Shown here in pieces: positions 32,434 to 46,463 of a stretch of 64,000 nucleotides of DNA. Each line of letters begins with the position of its first letter. Positions within the stretch are counted from its first letter, which is position 1. Both the position numbers and the translations under genes were made by a program. Under the pieces are notes generated by a model. It saw only the letters and a list, made by a program, of their open reading frames with translations, was not told the DNA's origin and searched no databases. The stretch spans positions 20,708,001 to 20,772,000 of the forward strand of contig OZ024758.1 of assembly GCA_964016885.1 (NCBI GenBank). The letters are read 5' to 3'. The DNA comes from Eledone cirrhosa. Taxonomy: Eukaryota.

Positions 32434-34892
32434 TTAAGGGTTCGATTTGCACTTGTAGTGCGAAAACTTCTCTTTGAGTCTATGGTTACAATAAATTGAT
32501 CTCTCGATTTTATTGTTGAGTAACTTATTCTTCGAGCTCAAGATGTGGAACAGCTCAAGGTCGCCTAATCGACAGCTTCTCATACCACTCCGATATGGGG
32601 GCGCGTTCGATAATTGTTTCCACTTCAGGGTGTATTGATGGTTACTTTCCCTCAGTTGGCAGGTCTTGTTTGCAAGGGTAGTTACATAACGATGCTGGGA
32701 ATGTTTCATTGCGTAACGGTGTGTATACGAACGGGCTTTAAATGTATTCCCAGTCGCTCAGATGTAATACCATTTCTGGTTTTCTGATTCCACTGTGCAT
32801 TGGTAAACCAGGTTAGTCTGCATACATTCATTATGTAATTGGCAGGTTTCAGGTAGGTGGCAGTTACAATTCTTATCATGGGCAACTTTGGCATTACTGG
32901 TGGGCTGCGATGCCTGTACAAATGTGTTACGTTTTGTTTGCCTATTAGTGGGTGGTTGTGTATTAGATATTTTGTTGTGTTCAATGGTGATTGTATTGTT
33001 ATTGTAAATTTGTGTTATGGTGTTGTTATGTATCTTTTTAGCGTTAAGCATCTTAATGTGTGCCTCTATATTTAGTGCCGTTGAGTAAGATAGTCTAATA
33101 GATTTAGTGTCAAGGATTTTGCTGTATCTATGTGAATCTGGAAGGTGCTTATTTATTATTCTAAAGAAGGTAGAGGGTCGGGTAGTACTAATAGAGGTGT
33201 TAAATATGGGGTTATACCAAATATATTTTCTACTGCGCGACTTGTTTGATTTCGATGTTGTATTTCTATTTAGGTATACATTGTAGTTCTATGCGTAAGT
33301 GCGTGTGTGCGTGTGTTTCTGGGTTTTGTGTTATGCGTGTTCGTGTGCGCTTTACGGAGGCTTTCATCTATATATTCTACTCTATCTAAGTGACCTGCCA
33401 TGTCTAATGCGGTATTGTAGTATTCTGCATGTTCTTCGAAGATTTGTCGGTTAGCCGAGAGGCGGGAGATCCTAAGGGATATGCTGTGTGGAATGGATTT
33501 AATTATGGATAGTGGATGGTTTGAGTTACAGTTGATGTATGCTAAGTTTTCATTAATCTTGTGAAAAGTCTTGTAAGTCCCGTATTTAGGTTAAGCGTCG
33601 CGTCTAGAAAGTTAACTGTTTTAGTGCTATACTCATACGTTATGCTAAGGCCTAGTTTCCCGAGAGTCTTTCTAATATTTTTATGGAGTCTTTCTATGCT
33701 CTGGTTATTTAGCTTCTTATCTATGAGAAGGGCGTCGTCTCTGTAGATTCCACCATGAAGGTCGCTAAACTCACTTTGTAAACTATTTTTCTTTTTTTTA
33801 ATCGATCGACTTTCGTCAAATCGGACCGAGGAAACAATGTTTCCATTGGTCTTTCCAATTGCTAATACTATCTATCGGTCGCAACTCCAGGTAGAAGTTT
33901 GTAAACTATGGGCTATGTAAATAACTACTAAATCTGTGACTTGAGCCGAATCGTTAGCCCCCATCGTGATGTCAAAGTTATTTAATCTATCCTTACGTTC
34001 CCAATAGGCGTTTTCAAATTTAATTATTGTTTTCCTAGCAGCTAATATGATTTTTATCTCGTCGTCTGTTAGGTCAGAATTGGCTTTGGCGAATGCTAAG
34101 GCTGTATACAAGGTGTTGGGGGATATAGAGGAGTAATAGTCGTTAATGTCAAATTGTATATATTTAGATACTTTTTGTTAGCTATATTGTTAAACCACTT
34201 AATTGTTTCGGTAGCGTTACCCCATAGTTTAATCCCTAATGTATTCTTCATTTGTGCTATCACTCTGCCTGATATATGTTTTCTAATTTTCCCGATGTCC
34301 GATTTGGACGGGCATATAAGTCTAATTGTGGGGTTATAATCAAAATTTACCTTGTGGTGCTTGAGATTAAATGTGGGGGTACATGGCCTAAGTGACTCGG
34401 TTATGTCGTCTATTCCTAGTTGTCCTACTATATTGTGTGCCACGTTGTTGATGTTTATCAGTGCCGCCTCATTAGTTTTTTTGTATTTCCTATGTAATTC
34501 TTTCCGTGTGAAGCTATTGTATGTATTAACATCCATCGTATACACATTTGAGGTTTTGTCCGATTTGACAATAATTCCATTGGTGGTTCGCAGCTTTTTT
34601 AGGAATGTATTTATGTCATTCTGGAGTTTATTATTCCTCCGCTTTTTGAATTTGATATTCATAATCATCATCAGTAAGTCCTGTTCAAAGGCATCCAGTT
34701 AAGGGTTGGTAGTGGGTTCTTACACGATTTGAAGCCGTATGTTTCCTTGTTGAATTCAACGGTGCGACCATTACGTCCTTTGTAGAAATGAAAAGTTTTC
34801 CATCTAACTCTGCCTATAAAGTCGTTTGTTCTCTGTATCATCGCCGGGGTCTAATCCTTTCTCAGAGGTATAGGAATGTTCTTTAGGGACAT
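32434..34892 (-). pseudogene. PLE polyprotein (RT + GIY-YIG), frameshifted and interrupted
   Basis: MSLKNIPIP; FIGRVRWK; KSDKTSNVY; PTIRLICPSKSDIGKI; FDITMGANDSAQVTDLV; GGIYRDD (33734-33745); VNFLDATLNL; SNHP; IWYNP; KNCNC..C...C; LVYQC..YYI*AT; CRL; LLN; YCNHR. Confidence 0.92.
33787..33897 (-). mobile_element. 111-bp A-tailed retro-insertion with 12-bp TSD inside the PLE RT
   Basis: TTTGTAAACTAT at 33775-33786 and 33898-33909; T-rich run at the left end; excision restores HSLQ|SEFSDLHGGIYRDD. Confidence 0.88.
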
Positions 34893-35337
34893 ACCTATGT
34901 AATGTTTTTCGATAGTAGTACCGTATGTTTAGGTGGTTGTTTGACCGATAAGGAGCCTGTAATTAGAGAAGCAGAACATTTTTTTTTGTGATCCAGATCG
35001 TGGTTAAGAAAGCCAGTTTCAGGGATGGTTTCAACGTATGGTAGGGGTAACTCCACAAGTTTGTAAGAATTCCGTTCAATCTTGAAGTATAAAGTATATA
35101 CTATACTAGTAAATACAATTCCAAATAAATGGTTTTCTCTATATATTAAGAATTATTTGAAGAGTAACTTACTCACTATTTTTAAAATTCGGACCGTGAA
35201 CAACATGAGTGGCTGCTATTTGCAGTATAGCAATATAAGGTTACACTTACCAATGAAACGGTCGTAAATACCTGGATAAAATCCTTCTCTCAATGCTTAC
35301 CTGTGTTTTCTCTTTTATACTATATATATATATATAA

Positions 35338-35378
35338 AGTGTGGTAAGGGACCAGGTGGACCACAACGCAGCAGTGCT
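35338..35378 (+). mobile_element. Family A terminal fragment
   Basis: GTGTGGTAAGGGACCAGGTGGACCACAACGCAGCAG directly after a TA run. Confidence 0.55.
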
Positions 35379-36084
35379 GTAACAGATCATCCACGGTAAT
35401 ACCAAATTAATGAATTACTATATTAATTTTACATGTGTAAACATTAGAGTCATGACTCGTTAAATCGTATTTAACCGTATAATATAGTAGAAATTATAAA
35501 AAGAAGAAACAATATAAGTTATTATAGTCCGACATATGTTTATAAATCAATATTGTTATTCTGACGCTCTTCGTCAAATGCACTTTCCCCAACTCCCTCA
35601 TCTATCCTCATATCAAGTATGACATCTATCTATTTTCAATCGATTTTCTTTTTAAATTTAACCTCAAGGCATCATATTTTATTATCATTTCTTTATAGAT
35701 TCTACTTATTTTCAACAAATTTCATTTTCAAAGATATAAACATATTTGTTCATACAAATGGATTATATATGCTTTCCATAATACACATACGCTGATTAGG
35801 AAGACATAAAACTGATTTGTCGACAAACTACATAAAAACCATCAATCGAAATATATTTCAAAGATCAAATATGAGAGATCACAGTTTAAAAAGATGTTAA
35901 ATTATATTTTGATGGTTTAAAATATTATATTTTAACTTTTTCCGATCCATGATGTTTACGTAGAGATTTCCAGCATTGTGCATAGTTTTCTAGGTCAGCA
36001 GCGTATTCATATTTTCGAAGAGAATATATTGTGCGTTATTATCTTCCACAATAAAAAACAAGGACTGTCTTTCAAACAGTGTCG

Positions 36085-36295
36085 CTAATCCGTATGGTGA
36101 ACAAATTGGGTCCCATGTACTGGCCTCCCCATAGCCCCGGCGGACAGGATGAAGAAGGTGTTTCCTCGGAGGTTGGTAAGGGAGGTACCCTGGAAGAGCC
36201 ATTCCAACTCGCGAGACTCACACCTGCGGCTGGCCAGCTCAGCGCCTATGGTGGTGAATAGGGGGGGGGGGTAGTCCTCGGGCCAAGGACACCGA
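36085..36295 (-). pseudogene. CRE-like retrotransposon 3' fragment (second copy)
   Basis: GVLGPR...FTTIGAELASRRCESRELEWLFQGTSLTNLRGNTFFILSAG; homologous to 9622-9790. Confidence 0.65.
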
Positions 36296-36411
36296 GAGCT
36301 ATAAGGTACTGCTCTTCATCTGAAATTAGATATTTCATGATTGAGTTCTTATTTAGATGCGGAGAAATAATGTTACTTTTATTAATTTGATTAGAAGCGA
36401 ACGTGAAATAA

Positions 36412-36592
36412 ATGTTTCTACTTGTGGCACAAGGCCAGCAATTAACCAGTACATTACTGGTACTTTATTTTATTGAGCCCGTAAGGATGAAAGGCAAAGT
36501 TGACTGCGGCGGGATTTGTACTCAGAATCGAAAGGGCCGTAATTGTATGCGTCAAAGCATGACGTCCGACCCTCTACCGGTACTGCCAATCA
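36412..36592 (-). mobile_element. SINE with 12-bp TSD
   Basis: AACGTGAAATAA at 36400-36411 and 36593-36604. Confidence 0.92.
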
Positions 36593-36954
36593 AACGTGAA
36601 ATAATGCAATATATTAGTTAATGCGAGTATCATATATGGTTCTATATATGAATGCACTTAAGAGATATTTAAGGAAATAAAATAAATGTTATATATATAT
36701 ATATATATATATATATAAGAGAGTATATATAGGGACTATTAAATCTCTCCCAAGGTAACTCTCTCTTGTGTTGTTATTTTTATTCTATCCGTTATACTCT
36801 TCCCTTCATTCTACACATCTCACACATCTTATACACACCACGCATCTCAACGTACACCCACTTACATCTCTCTCTCCACTACCGGACCTTGTTACCCGGA
36901 GATTTACCCATTTGCATTGTCGAGGCTTCCAAACGATTTAAAGATATTTACATA

Positions 36955-37024
<70 letters not shown>

Positions 37025-37210
37025 GTTGTTATATAGTAAGGTGCAATATTGGTTGTGTAAAATGGTCCAATAACTTTATGTTAGCAATATTAAGTTCTCC
37101 ACGCTTTTGTATATCTCCAATTCCATTCGAGGGAACAGCTAGATGATGTAAAACGGAGTATAAGTATCAAAATGAAAATCCGAAGGCAAGGTAAAATTCC
37201 AATCATTTAA

Positions 37211-37284
37211 TCACGACACATGTTTCAATAAGAGATAGATCGATTGTGAAGCCACGATCGATTATCACTGATCTCATCAGGTGA
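37211..37284 (-). ncRNA. Canonical-core type-I hammerhead ribozyme
   Basis: Minus: TCAC CTGATGA GATCAGTGATAATCGATCGTG-GCTT-CACAATCGATCTATCTCTTATT GAAA CATGTG TC GTGA. Confidence 0.8.
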
Positions 37285-37764
37285 AAATAAATTGTCTTCA
37301 AAGTCTTGATATGAGGGAGAAAAAAATAACGATGTTTCCTCAAATAATTCATTCCCTCATATGGAGACACACCAGTCAGGCAGAGATAAGGCGACTGCTA
37401 TTAGCTTAAATTGAGGTCATAAAAGTTTTCAGACTTCTATCGCTGCAAAAGACGCTGGACATCGAAAAAATCCGTTGGGATGCAGTCAGTCACAGTTAGA
37501 AGTGAGTGGATACACACACACTCCACACCCGCGTACATCGGCTCGAGGTCAAAGAAAAATAAAAATAAACATAAACATAAATACATATATATACACACAC
37601 ATCAACACAGTATTAAACCCGCAGAATTAGCGTGGGTGGGCACACACAGACTCCAACACACACCGAAGCGATATTCGAGAAAAAGCACATATAAGAATGT
37701 ACCAACACAGCAATCACCGAAAAGTGAGTTCGCAAAGCAACAGAAATTACGTCGGTCAAATCTC

Positions 37765-38222
37765 AATTTGACGATGTAAATCGGAAATATTAGGTTGACC
37801 AACGCTACACACACATACACACAGACACAAGCGCGTGCGCGCAAGTAAGTTCAATTCTGGTGTACGTGTATAGATCCAATTGTAACATCAATATCTTCAA
37901 GGGTGTGTTATGGTAAATGGTATGTACACATCCGAATCATCCAAAAAATGGGGTGGAGGAGGGGAAGTCTGGGTATATACACATCCATGTGAAGAGGTTA
38001 ATTTGACGATGTAGATTGGCAATATTGGGTTAACCAACGCTACACACACACACACACGCGTGCGCGCAAGTAAGTTCAGTTCAATGTTCTGCTATACGTG
38101 TATAGATCCAATTGTAACATCCATATCTTCAAGTGTGTGTTATGGTAAAAGGTATACACACATCCGAATCGTCCAAAAATGTGTGGAGGGGGGTCTGGGT
38201 ATGTACACATCCATGTGAAGAG
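37765..38222. repeat. ~235-bp diverged tandem duplication
   Basis: AATTTGACGATGTA...ACACATCCATGTGAAGAG at ~37766-37996 and ~38000-38222. Confidence 0.85.
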
Positions 38223-39069
38223 CAAGCAATCAGCTCATGTCGAACTCCTTGTGTACCGCTCTCCAGTTGAGAATCAGAATCACCAAAATCCGTGCGTGCA
38301 AGCAACTGCAATGTGGGCCGGCAAAGGACTCTATGTAGGGTTGTGGTGAAAATGGCTGCACTAAATTCTATACAGTGGGAGGAATCAGGTGTTGTAGTGC
38401 TGACAAAGCAATGTTTTGTTACCACTATTCCATGCTGCAGTTTTTGTAATTCAATATAATAGCAGAACACCCTGTATTATTATTAAATTTGTAATTATAT
38501 CGTTGTTATATCGAAACACGAATTTGCGTTAATATGTGTGTAGATGTCGTTGAAGAAAATCCTATAAACATGTTCGGCACGGCATAATCGGCAGGCTTAT
38601 ATGTCATGTATGAGATAGATGTTTATTGTATAAACTATGGCTAGGTATATTAAAACTTTAGAGCAGAGTTGTCATTTATTATTATGGAAATTACATGCCC
38701 AGAACATTCTTCTTACACTACATCATATGTGAACTATGTACGTTTAGTGATTACATATAGGAACATAAATAGTATAGTTCTGCTTAATATATATAGAAAT
38801 TGAATGTGGAGATGGTGATTAAGAACGTATAATTTAGCAGATAATCACCTAGAGGGTAGATTTAGTTCATGCAAACATAATGCCAAGTTTCCACACGTAA
38901 CACGTTGGCTGAAGGAAACACGTTAGCAATGTCTTGCTATTGTTTATGAATGCACGAAATATATATATATATATATATACATATATATGCGTGTGTGTGT
39001 GGATGCGTGTCTGGAACTAGCTGTTTAAACTGCAAGAGTTCAGCCATACACACACACACACACACAAAC

Positions 39070-39126
<57 letters not shown>

Positions 39127-40034
39127 TATCCAAAGACATATTTCTTATTCTGTCTGTGCGTATGATAATATATATGCGTGTTTGAAGGTATGCTGCGTGT
39201 ACACGTACGTATGGATACAATATATAGAACTAATTGCGTATTTATTTTGATGTACTTTAGTTAAATGCTGAGTATATGGAAAGAAGCAGAATTTGTTTTA
39301 AAATTATAATTAGAAATGTATTACACCATCATCACTAGAAAGTTATTTTAGATCGTCTTTATGGATGACAACCGAAGGAAAATTAATTGCACGAATTTAT
39401 TAGTAGAAATTCTATTTCTTAGCGCAAACTCAGAGATGTAAATATATTAATAATTACTATAGCAAACTAATGCAGTGCTGAAATATAATAAAGAAATATA
39501 CTTGATGCCCGTTGCTAATTCAGCATAATGAATATGGTCTGTTCCTTCTATGCAACCTGTGTATGAATTTCTGATGAATATTTGTATAGAAAACCCATAT
39601 TTAGAATCAACCGATATTTCGTTGATGTAATTTATCGTATTTTATACAATAAAACAAATTTTACAACTTTCATCGGATTTTCTCCTACGTATTGTAGCTC
39701 AGCTTAATTAGACACGCGGCTCCATTGCAATTATAACACTATTCTGATTAGACTCTGCAGCCTACTGAAATAAGAATATAGCAATTTTTAGTATTTTAAC
39801 AATTAATATTTTTTAAATCATATTGATTCATTTTTAACAATTAAACTGAAAAAAGTTTATTGGAACGAAGATAATTTTGTGTATTCGAACGAAATTGGAA
39901 AATATTTTCACTGATATAAATTTTGCGGACATTTTAATTGATTACTGAGTGTGTTTCTTCTTCATATTATAATTAAGTTTTTTAATAATAATAATAATAA
40001 TAATGTAGCGTTTATAACAGAGCTTTCAAGTCGC

Positions 40035-40196
40035 TGGCTGGACTAAAAAGTCACACTCGTTCAGCGCATCGGTAGGGTTCTCCTACACGGATATAAAATA
40101 GTGGCCAACTCGTTTTCGAGTACGGCCACTACTTTATATCCATGTAGGAGAACACCTACCGATGCGCTGAACGAGTGTGACTTTTTAGTCCAGCCA
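40035..40196. mobile_element. Family G fold-back element (~78-bp arms)
   Basis: GGCTGGACTAAAAAGTCACACTCGTTCAGCGCATCGGTAGG... apex ACTCG TTTT CGAGT ...CCTACCGATGCGCTGAACGAGTGTGACTTTTTAGTCCAGCC then (TA)n. Confidence 0.9.
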
Positions 40197-40832
<636 letters not shown>

Positions 40833-43800
40833 TCGATATATATATGTGCGTGTGGGGGAGGGGGGTATGTCTGTGTATATGTATATTTTACATATGTTCC
40901 AAATAGAATGTTCTACTATCTTTTCATTTCATCAATATGTTTACTTCCATTTGTTTCCGAAAAGTTTGTTGGGTATATTTACTCAGTGGTTAGGTACCCC
41001 AGTGATAATTTACTGAATGTAGTGAATAAAGACATATTAAATGATTAAAAATACATCCACTTCGAAGGCAGATAATCATTAGCACAATGGATATTTCTGA
41101 ACAGTATATACACGGCAACGACTTTGAACTAACAGTTCGTTAAATTATAGAATTTAATCACAAATACATCGCCCTAAGTAACGGGTTGTTTCTTTGATAT
41201 TTGCAGGACAATTGGGCGTTCCTTGTGTTTGTGCGATTTAATCGACCACAGACTTTAAAAGTACGACCAGACAATGACATCAGTATATATGCAGATGAAT
41301 ATAATTTTAACATGGAACACCGTGGAATCAACCAACTATACTTTCAATGTTGGGTCATCCTTATGCTTGACCAATGGAACACCTTGCTGAAGAGATTTAT
41401 GGATATGTGGCTGATATTTCCACAGAAATATGAACATTAAGCAAAATTAACAGGGAGAGAGAATGGGCAGGTTTGGAGTAATGATGAGGTCATAATATAC
41501 AAGACATTTAGAGTCAATGAGATGTGCTTCCAAACATTTATGGTCAAAATTACAGACATCAGAAAAAATTCGTGCCATTATGAAATTATTTTCCTGTACT
41601 TTTATTCAGTATTATTAATATATTATTATTATACTCTATTGGCCCGGATATAAAAGCACAGGCTATATAAAATTATCAATTCACATGATATTGGCTTAGA
41701 TTTTGAGAGCACGAGATCAAGAAATAAGTTTCCGGAATATTGAGATAGCCTTTCCAATTTCAGCCGGATGTTATTTAACATGACATACGCTAATAATGTA
41801 CATCGACATGCACGCTGCCTCTTCTGTTACATCATGTAATATATTAATGGGAGAAGTCAATAATGTAAAGGTGACATTATATAGAAAATGCAGAGTAGTG
41901 AGATTAAAATTATTGAAATGCTTTCATTTATCTGGGTATTTATTTCCGATAGAGACACAAAGATTCAAATGCATATTACAATGGTTATGATATTATATAT
42001 CATCGATGTATTGCCTGAAGCCATTATATGTTTAACAAAAAGGAAATAGTATATTCGACCGATACATAGGACATTGTGTAAAGCCGAGATTGCAAGAATT
42101 GAATTTCTCATCTGAAACATACGTGTGTCATGTTGTCGTTAATATTCTAGATTGAATTTTCCAACATTACATTCTTTATTTCCCAAGGAATTTTGAATGA
42201 TGAATATTTTGGAAGCATACATAATGCAAGAGAGAACATTTTTGAAAAAAATTTGATAAGTCGATTAAAATATCCTTTTTGTATCAATTTATCACGAATA
42301 GTTTATTTTATGCTAGACTTATGTATATTGCTTCAGATTTGGTATAACAAAACTGCTCCCCAATTGTTTTAAAATAAAATGTATTATTTCTGCAGTTTGG
42401 ACATGGATACACACTTTATTTTATCGTCAGATAGGATCATGTATCATAATTGTGTATTTGCAAATAACTGCAGAATTTTAACATATTTAAAACTTTCACG
42501 TAACTCGTAATGGGCTCATCAAGTGTTAACTATTAGAATAGGGGCGGATTTGGCCGTCCACGAATACGAGCCCCTTGGGCTAGAGTGACTGTGTCAGCTC
42601 ATCCTCCCTAGCCGTCCTCGGTTCAATACATTCTCAGTCCTGTTAGCTCTGATCGAGGAGCGGGGGAAAAGTTAGTTTGTATTGGAGCATACTCGTTCGG
42701 ACGTCACTTCTGTAACTAAAGTATATCCAGCGTATATAGAATTAGTTTTATCTCAATATATAATATTAGCATTGATATCATTCATCTAGGAAATACGTAT
42801 CGTACTGATAAATATGTCAGTAGATTTGGGTATTTGAAATATTGTGCAAATTGTCAGATGTGTTTCCGCATTCTTCAACATGGTTATACTTTTATGTATG
42901 TATAGTCCACACTATTCTAACGGACACACTAAAGTCGATTGTATCATAAATGAAGGAATGCACTCAGGCTTGATCGTAGTTGGCCATTTTCTAACACCTC
43001 AACTATAGTCTAAGTTTCATGATTCTGAAACACTGCGAGGCGATATGCAGCTTCTGTTGCTTATTACTGGTATTCATATGTTATAGATTTAATTCTATAT
43101 TTTCTGTTTCTGAATAGAATTTAGGTAGATGAATTATGCCAACTGTTATTAAACATGGCACGTTTTAAAGATGTTTAAAACTTGGTAAATGAGGTGTGCG
43201 TAGAAATAGTAATTACGCAGAAATGTTGAAAAGAAATCATGTACACAATAAACAAAAAATATTTTTTAAATTATTATTTAAAAAGTAAGGGAGAAAATCC
43301 ATGTGAAAATTTCATTATGAAAACTTGTATGATTTCAGTAGAGTAACTAAATAAAAATATATACTAATTTGTTACATTTATTTTTGGAAAGCAAACTTCA
43401 TATTAAAATGTTTTGAGTGAAAACAAATTAGGTAAAACGTTGCCATTTCTTTCTATACTTTCATGAACATTCTACACACATCAGTTGTCATGAAATTGAA
43501 ACAGTTGAAGCTGATATTATTTACAAATGGTCAGATTTGACAGAATGATTGGAATAATCTTCTAGAACAAAAAGTTATTGAAGTATATATCTACCTATAC
43601 TTCTCTCCGTATCTCTTTCTTATTTCTGTATTTCTATGTTTAGTTTCAATTGCTTCTTGAATAATTCTGGAAACTATCTAAAGGTATGATAAATTCCTAT
43701 TGAAAGTAGTTCTGAAATCAATAAATAATTTTAAAATAAACTAGGATATTAAAATTAAGTGGAATGATATTATATTCGATTACCAAGTGCAATTTACACA

Positions 43801-43959
43801 GGAAAATTGCGTAAACAATCATTGATATGATATTCAGAGACTGTATGTTTTTTTAGCTTTAGCGTGCAGACATACACATATGTTTGTATTTATTTAGACT
43901 TGATTAAATATGTTCATCATTACATAACTTATATATCCAACATAGAAAACAAATCACTC

Positions 43960-44090
43960 TCTTGTGACGCTAAACTCCCCAGCAGCAGATTTCAAAGAGC
44001 AAAGGTAAATTCCAGTCCATGAATTGACATTCTCAAGCCATTGTTTTGGCTGCCGGCCTCTGCTGCTTTTTACCAGGCAACCTTTCAGGT
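43960..44090 (-). pseudogene. RTE-like LINE C-terminal fragment
   Basis: KSSRGRQPKQWLENVNSWTG resembles the RTE RGR..RW.DN...WTG end. Confidence 0.5.
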
Positions 44091-44449
44091 ATAACCTACT
44101 CACACCACGAGTTGATCATTTTTATTACCATAGAGTTCAAGCTCTCTTGAATTGACAATTGATGTAATTTGGAAAATAAACCACATATATCCCCAAATTC
44201 GTTTCATACGGAAATGTGGTATACGAAAGGATATCATATACTCACTATCCCCTACATGTCGCACCACTTATATTATAAGTTACTATTGACTATCCTTTAA
44301 AATACTCAAAATATGTAGCATTCTTTTTCTAGCTATGGTATAATATTTATAGTTTATTGTCTATGGTTTCAAGTTTCCCTTGCAGAGAACATCAGACAAC
44401 AGCATTTCAAATTGTCCATGTAACATATCTAAAATAGATATAGTAATAC

Positions 44450-44635
44450 TTGTCTACTTTTGGCACAAATCCAGCAATTATCTCAGTACAGTACTGGTAC
44501 TGTATTGTATCAACCCTGAAAGGATGACAGACAAAGTTAACCTAGGCGGGATTTGAACTCAACCGTAAAGGGCCGTGACTCTATGCTGCAAAGCATGGCG
44601 TCCGACCTTCTACCGATATTGCCAATTCACCACCA
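44450..44635 (-). mobile_element. SINE, diverged full-length
   Basis: Reverse complement of consensus. Confidence 0.85.
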
Positions 44636-46261
44636 ATATATGTAGTAATAATAGCGTCTCCACCAGCTGAACCGAGACAGGTTCCTTGTAACATAGGACG
44701 TTTTCGTTTAAATGATTAATCGATATAATTTATAAATGTATTCTTTAGAATTGTTCCCTGTATCCCCAGAGAAGAGTTCGATAAAGGGACATTATATAAA
44801 AAATGCAGAATGAGTTGGAACTGCTGTCCAAAGAAAGGTTAGTAAAGGTTATATTAAAGAATAGATGAGGAAACGGTGGTGCTGTGAATGATAGTTGGCT
44901 TCACGGCAGACGATCATATTATAGCTGAATTATTCTTCTCCAGTCAAATCACCAAACTATCATATTGCATGTTGTAAATAGATAAACGAGTAATGACTAC
45001 AATATATGTATGTATTCATTGTTCAAATTTAATCATGGAAGTGGTCCATCATCTAACAAATAATTTCCTATATAATGTTTTATAAAACCGGAATTAATTT
45101 ATAAATATAGGTATCTAGACATATTTATTGAACAAATTTCCAATATATACAGGTTAATTTCGTCTACACTAGAAAATGCCCAGACGCCCTAGAGTCGATT
45201 ATGTATTAGTTTATATAAACACAAAATAATACATTTTACATTACCAGAAAACTAAACTTTATTCAGAGAGAAAATCCCCCAAATGTAACAAACACATTTA
45301 TATTTATCGATTTACATTGAACATATATTTAGTTAATTGCAACAGTACGGGAGAATTACCAGTGCTGTAACCCGAGGAATCGTGGCACTTTTGAGAATGT
45401 ACACGAAAAAGAGGGACACAATTGATAACTGTATATTAAATACAAGTGCTTCAGAAGATTTACAGTATTTATTAATGCGTTGTTATACTCAATAACTTCC
45501 CTTTTTAACTAAATTGAAATAACAAGTGTTAGTTGAATAAGATATATTGAAACATTTCAAAGCTATTAAATATGTACAGACATCTACTCTGTCATCTTAT
45601 ATTGATATATATGTTTTCCGTATATTATATGTCCCTAAATTCTTCTATACTTTGAAGAAAATTTCTTCTGAATTTCTATTTCTATCTATAATAACATAAA
45701 TAAATTCAATCTGAAAGTAGTATTGATTGGCAGTACTAACTCTCTTTGGATTAACTCCATATATATATATGTATGGGGGTATGTATGTGTTTATACGTGT
45801 GTGTGAATGCGTTTGTATATATTTTGTATGGTATCATCGCACAAGAATTCGATTTGTAGGAGACATTACTCACACATCTGACAGGAAAGGTGTAGGCTTC
45901 CTAAAAACTCTAATACAATTTTGAAATTGACAGCAACATAATTAAAATACTTTCCTGCCAATTAAGCACCTTAAGAGTGACAATTAACTCTGAGAAAACA
46001 AACTCACAACTTGAGTAATTGCGAATATGTGCCTTTGTCAACAATGACTATGACAACGTTAATCTCTCTTGAATATATTAAAAACAACATTTCTTATACA
46101 GAAATTCACAAACAAACACGTATGTATATATATGGTAAACATTGAGGACCGAATAAATTAAATTAACTGATATAAAAGATACAGAAGCGAAAACTAACCA
46201 AACAGTGAGTGTGTTTTGTTATTAATTCTGGCAATATTATTACAATATGACCCTCCCCAAG

Positions 46262-46301
<40 letters not shown>

Positions 46302-46302
46302 C

Positions 46303-46463
46303 AGAGTGGTGGAACACTCATTCCATGGGACGAGTTATGTAGAAGTGGTTACACAACAGTTAGGTCACCATACCGAGAACAATTGTTTCACCTTAGCGAG
46401 CTGAGGATCCACTAAGGTGAAACAATTGTTCTCGGTATGGTTAACTAACTGTTGGGTAACAAC

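Larger units (their letters stand above)
31617..35321 (-). mobile_element. Penelope-like retroelement (Naiad-type), near full-length, inserted in (TA)n
   Basis: RT + C-terminal GIY-YIG remnants; 3' pLTR 31617-31978; partial direct pLTR ~34962-35097; inverted pLTR part 35101-35321; TA runs at both ends. Confidence 0.92.

Noticed and set aside
32758-32760. In-frame TGA in the PLE endonuclease as possible selenocysteine (some Naiads are selenoproteins)
   Set aside because: It replaces the invariant Gly of YIG (GGA>TGA), not a Cys, in a copy with other disabling lesions; no SECIS identified.
42540-42720. GC-rich island starting GGGGCGGATTTGGCC, possible DNA-transposon terminus or promoter
   Set aside because: No matching second terminus or transposase seen; insufficient support.
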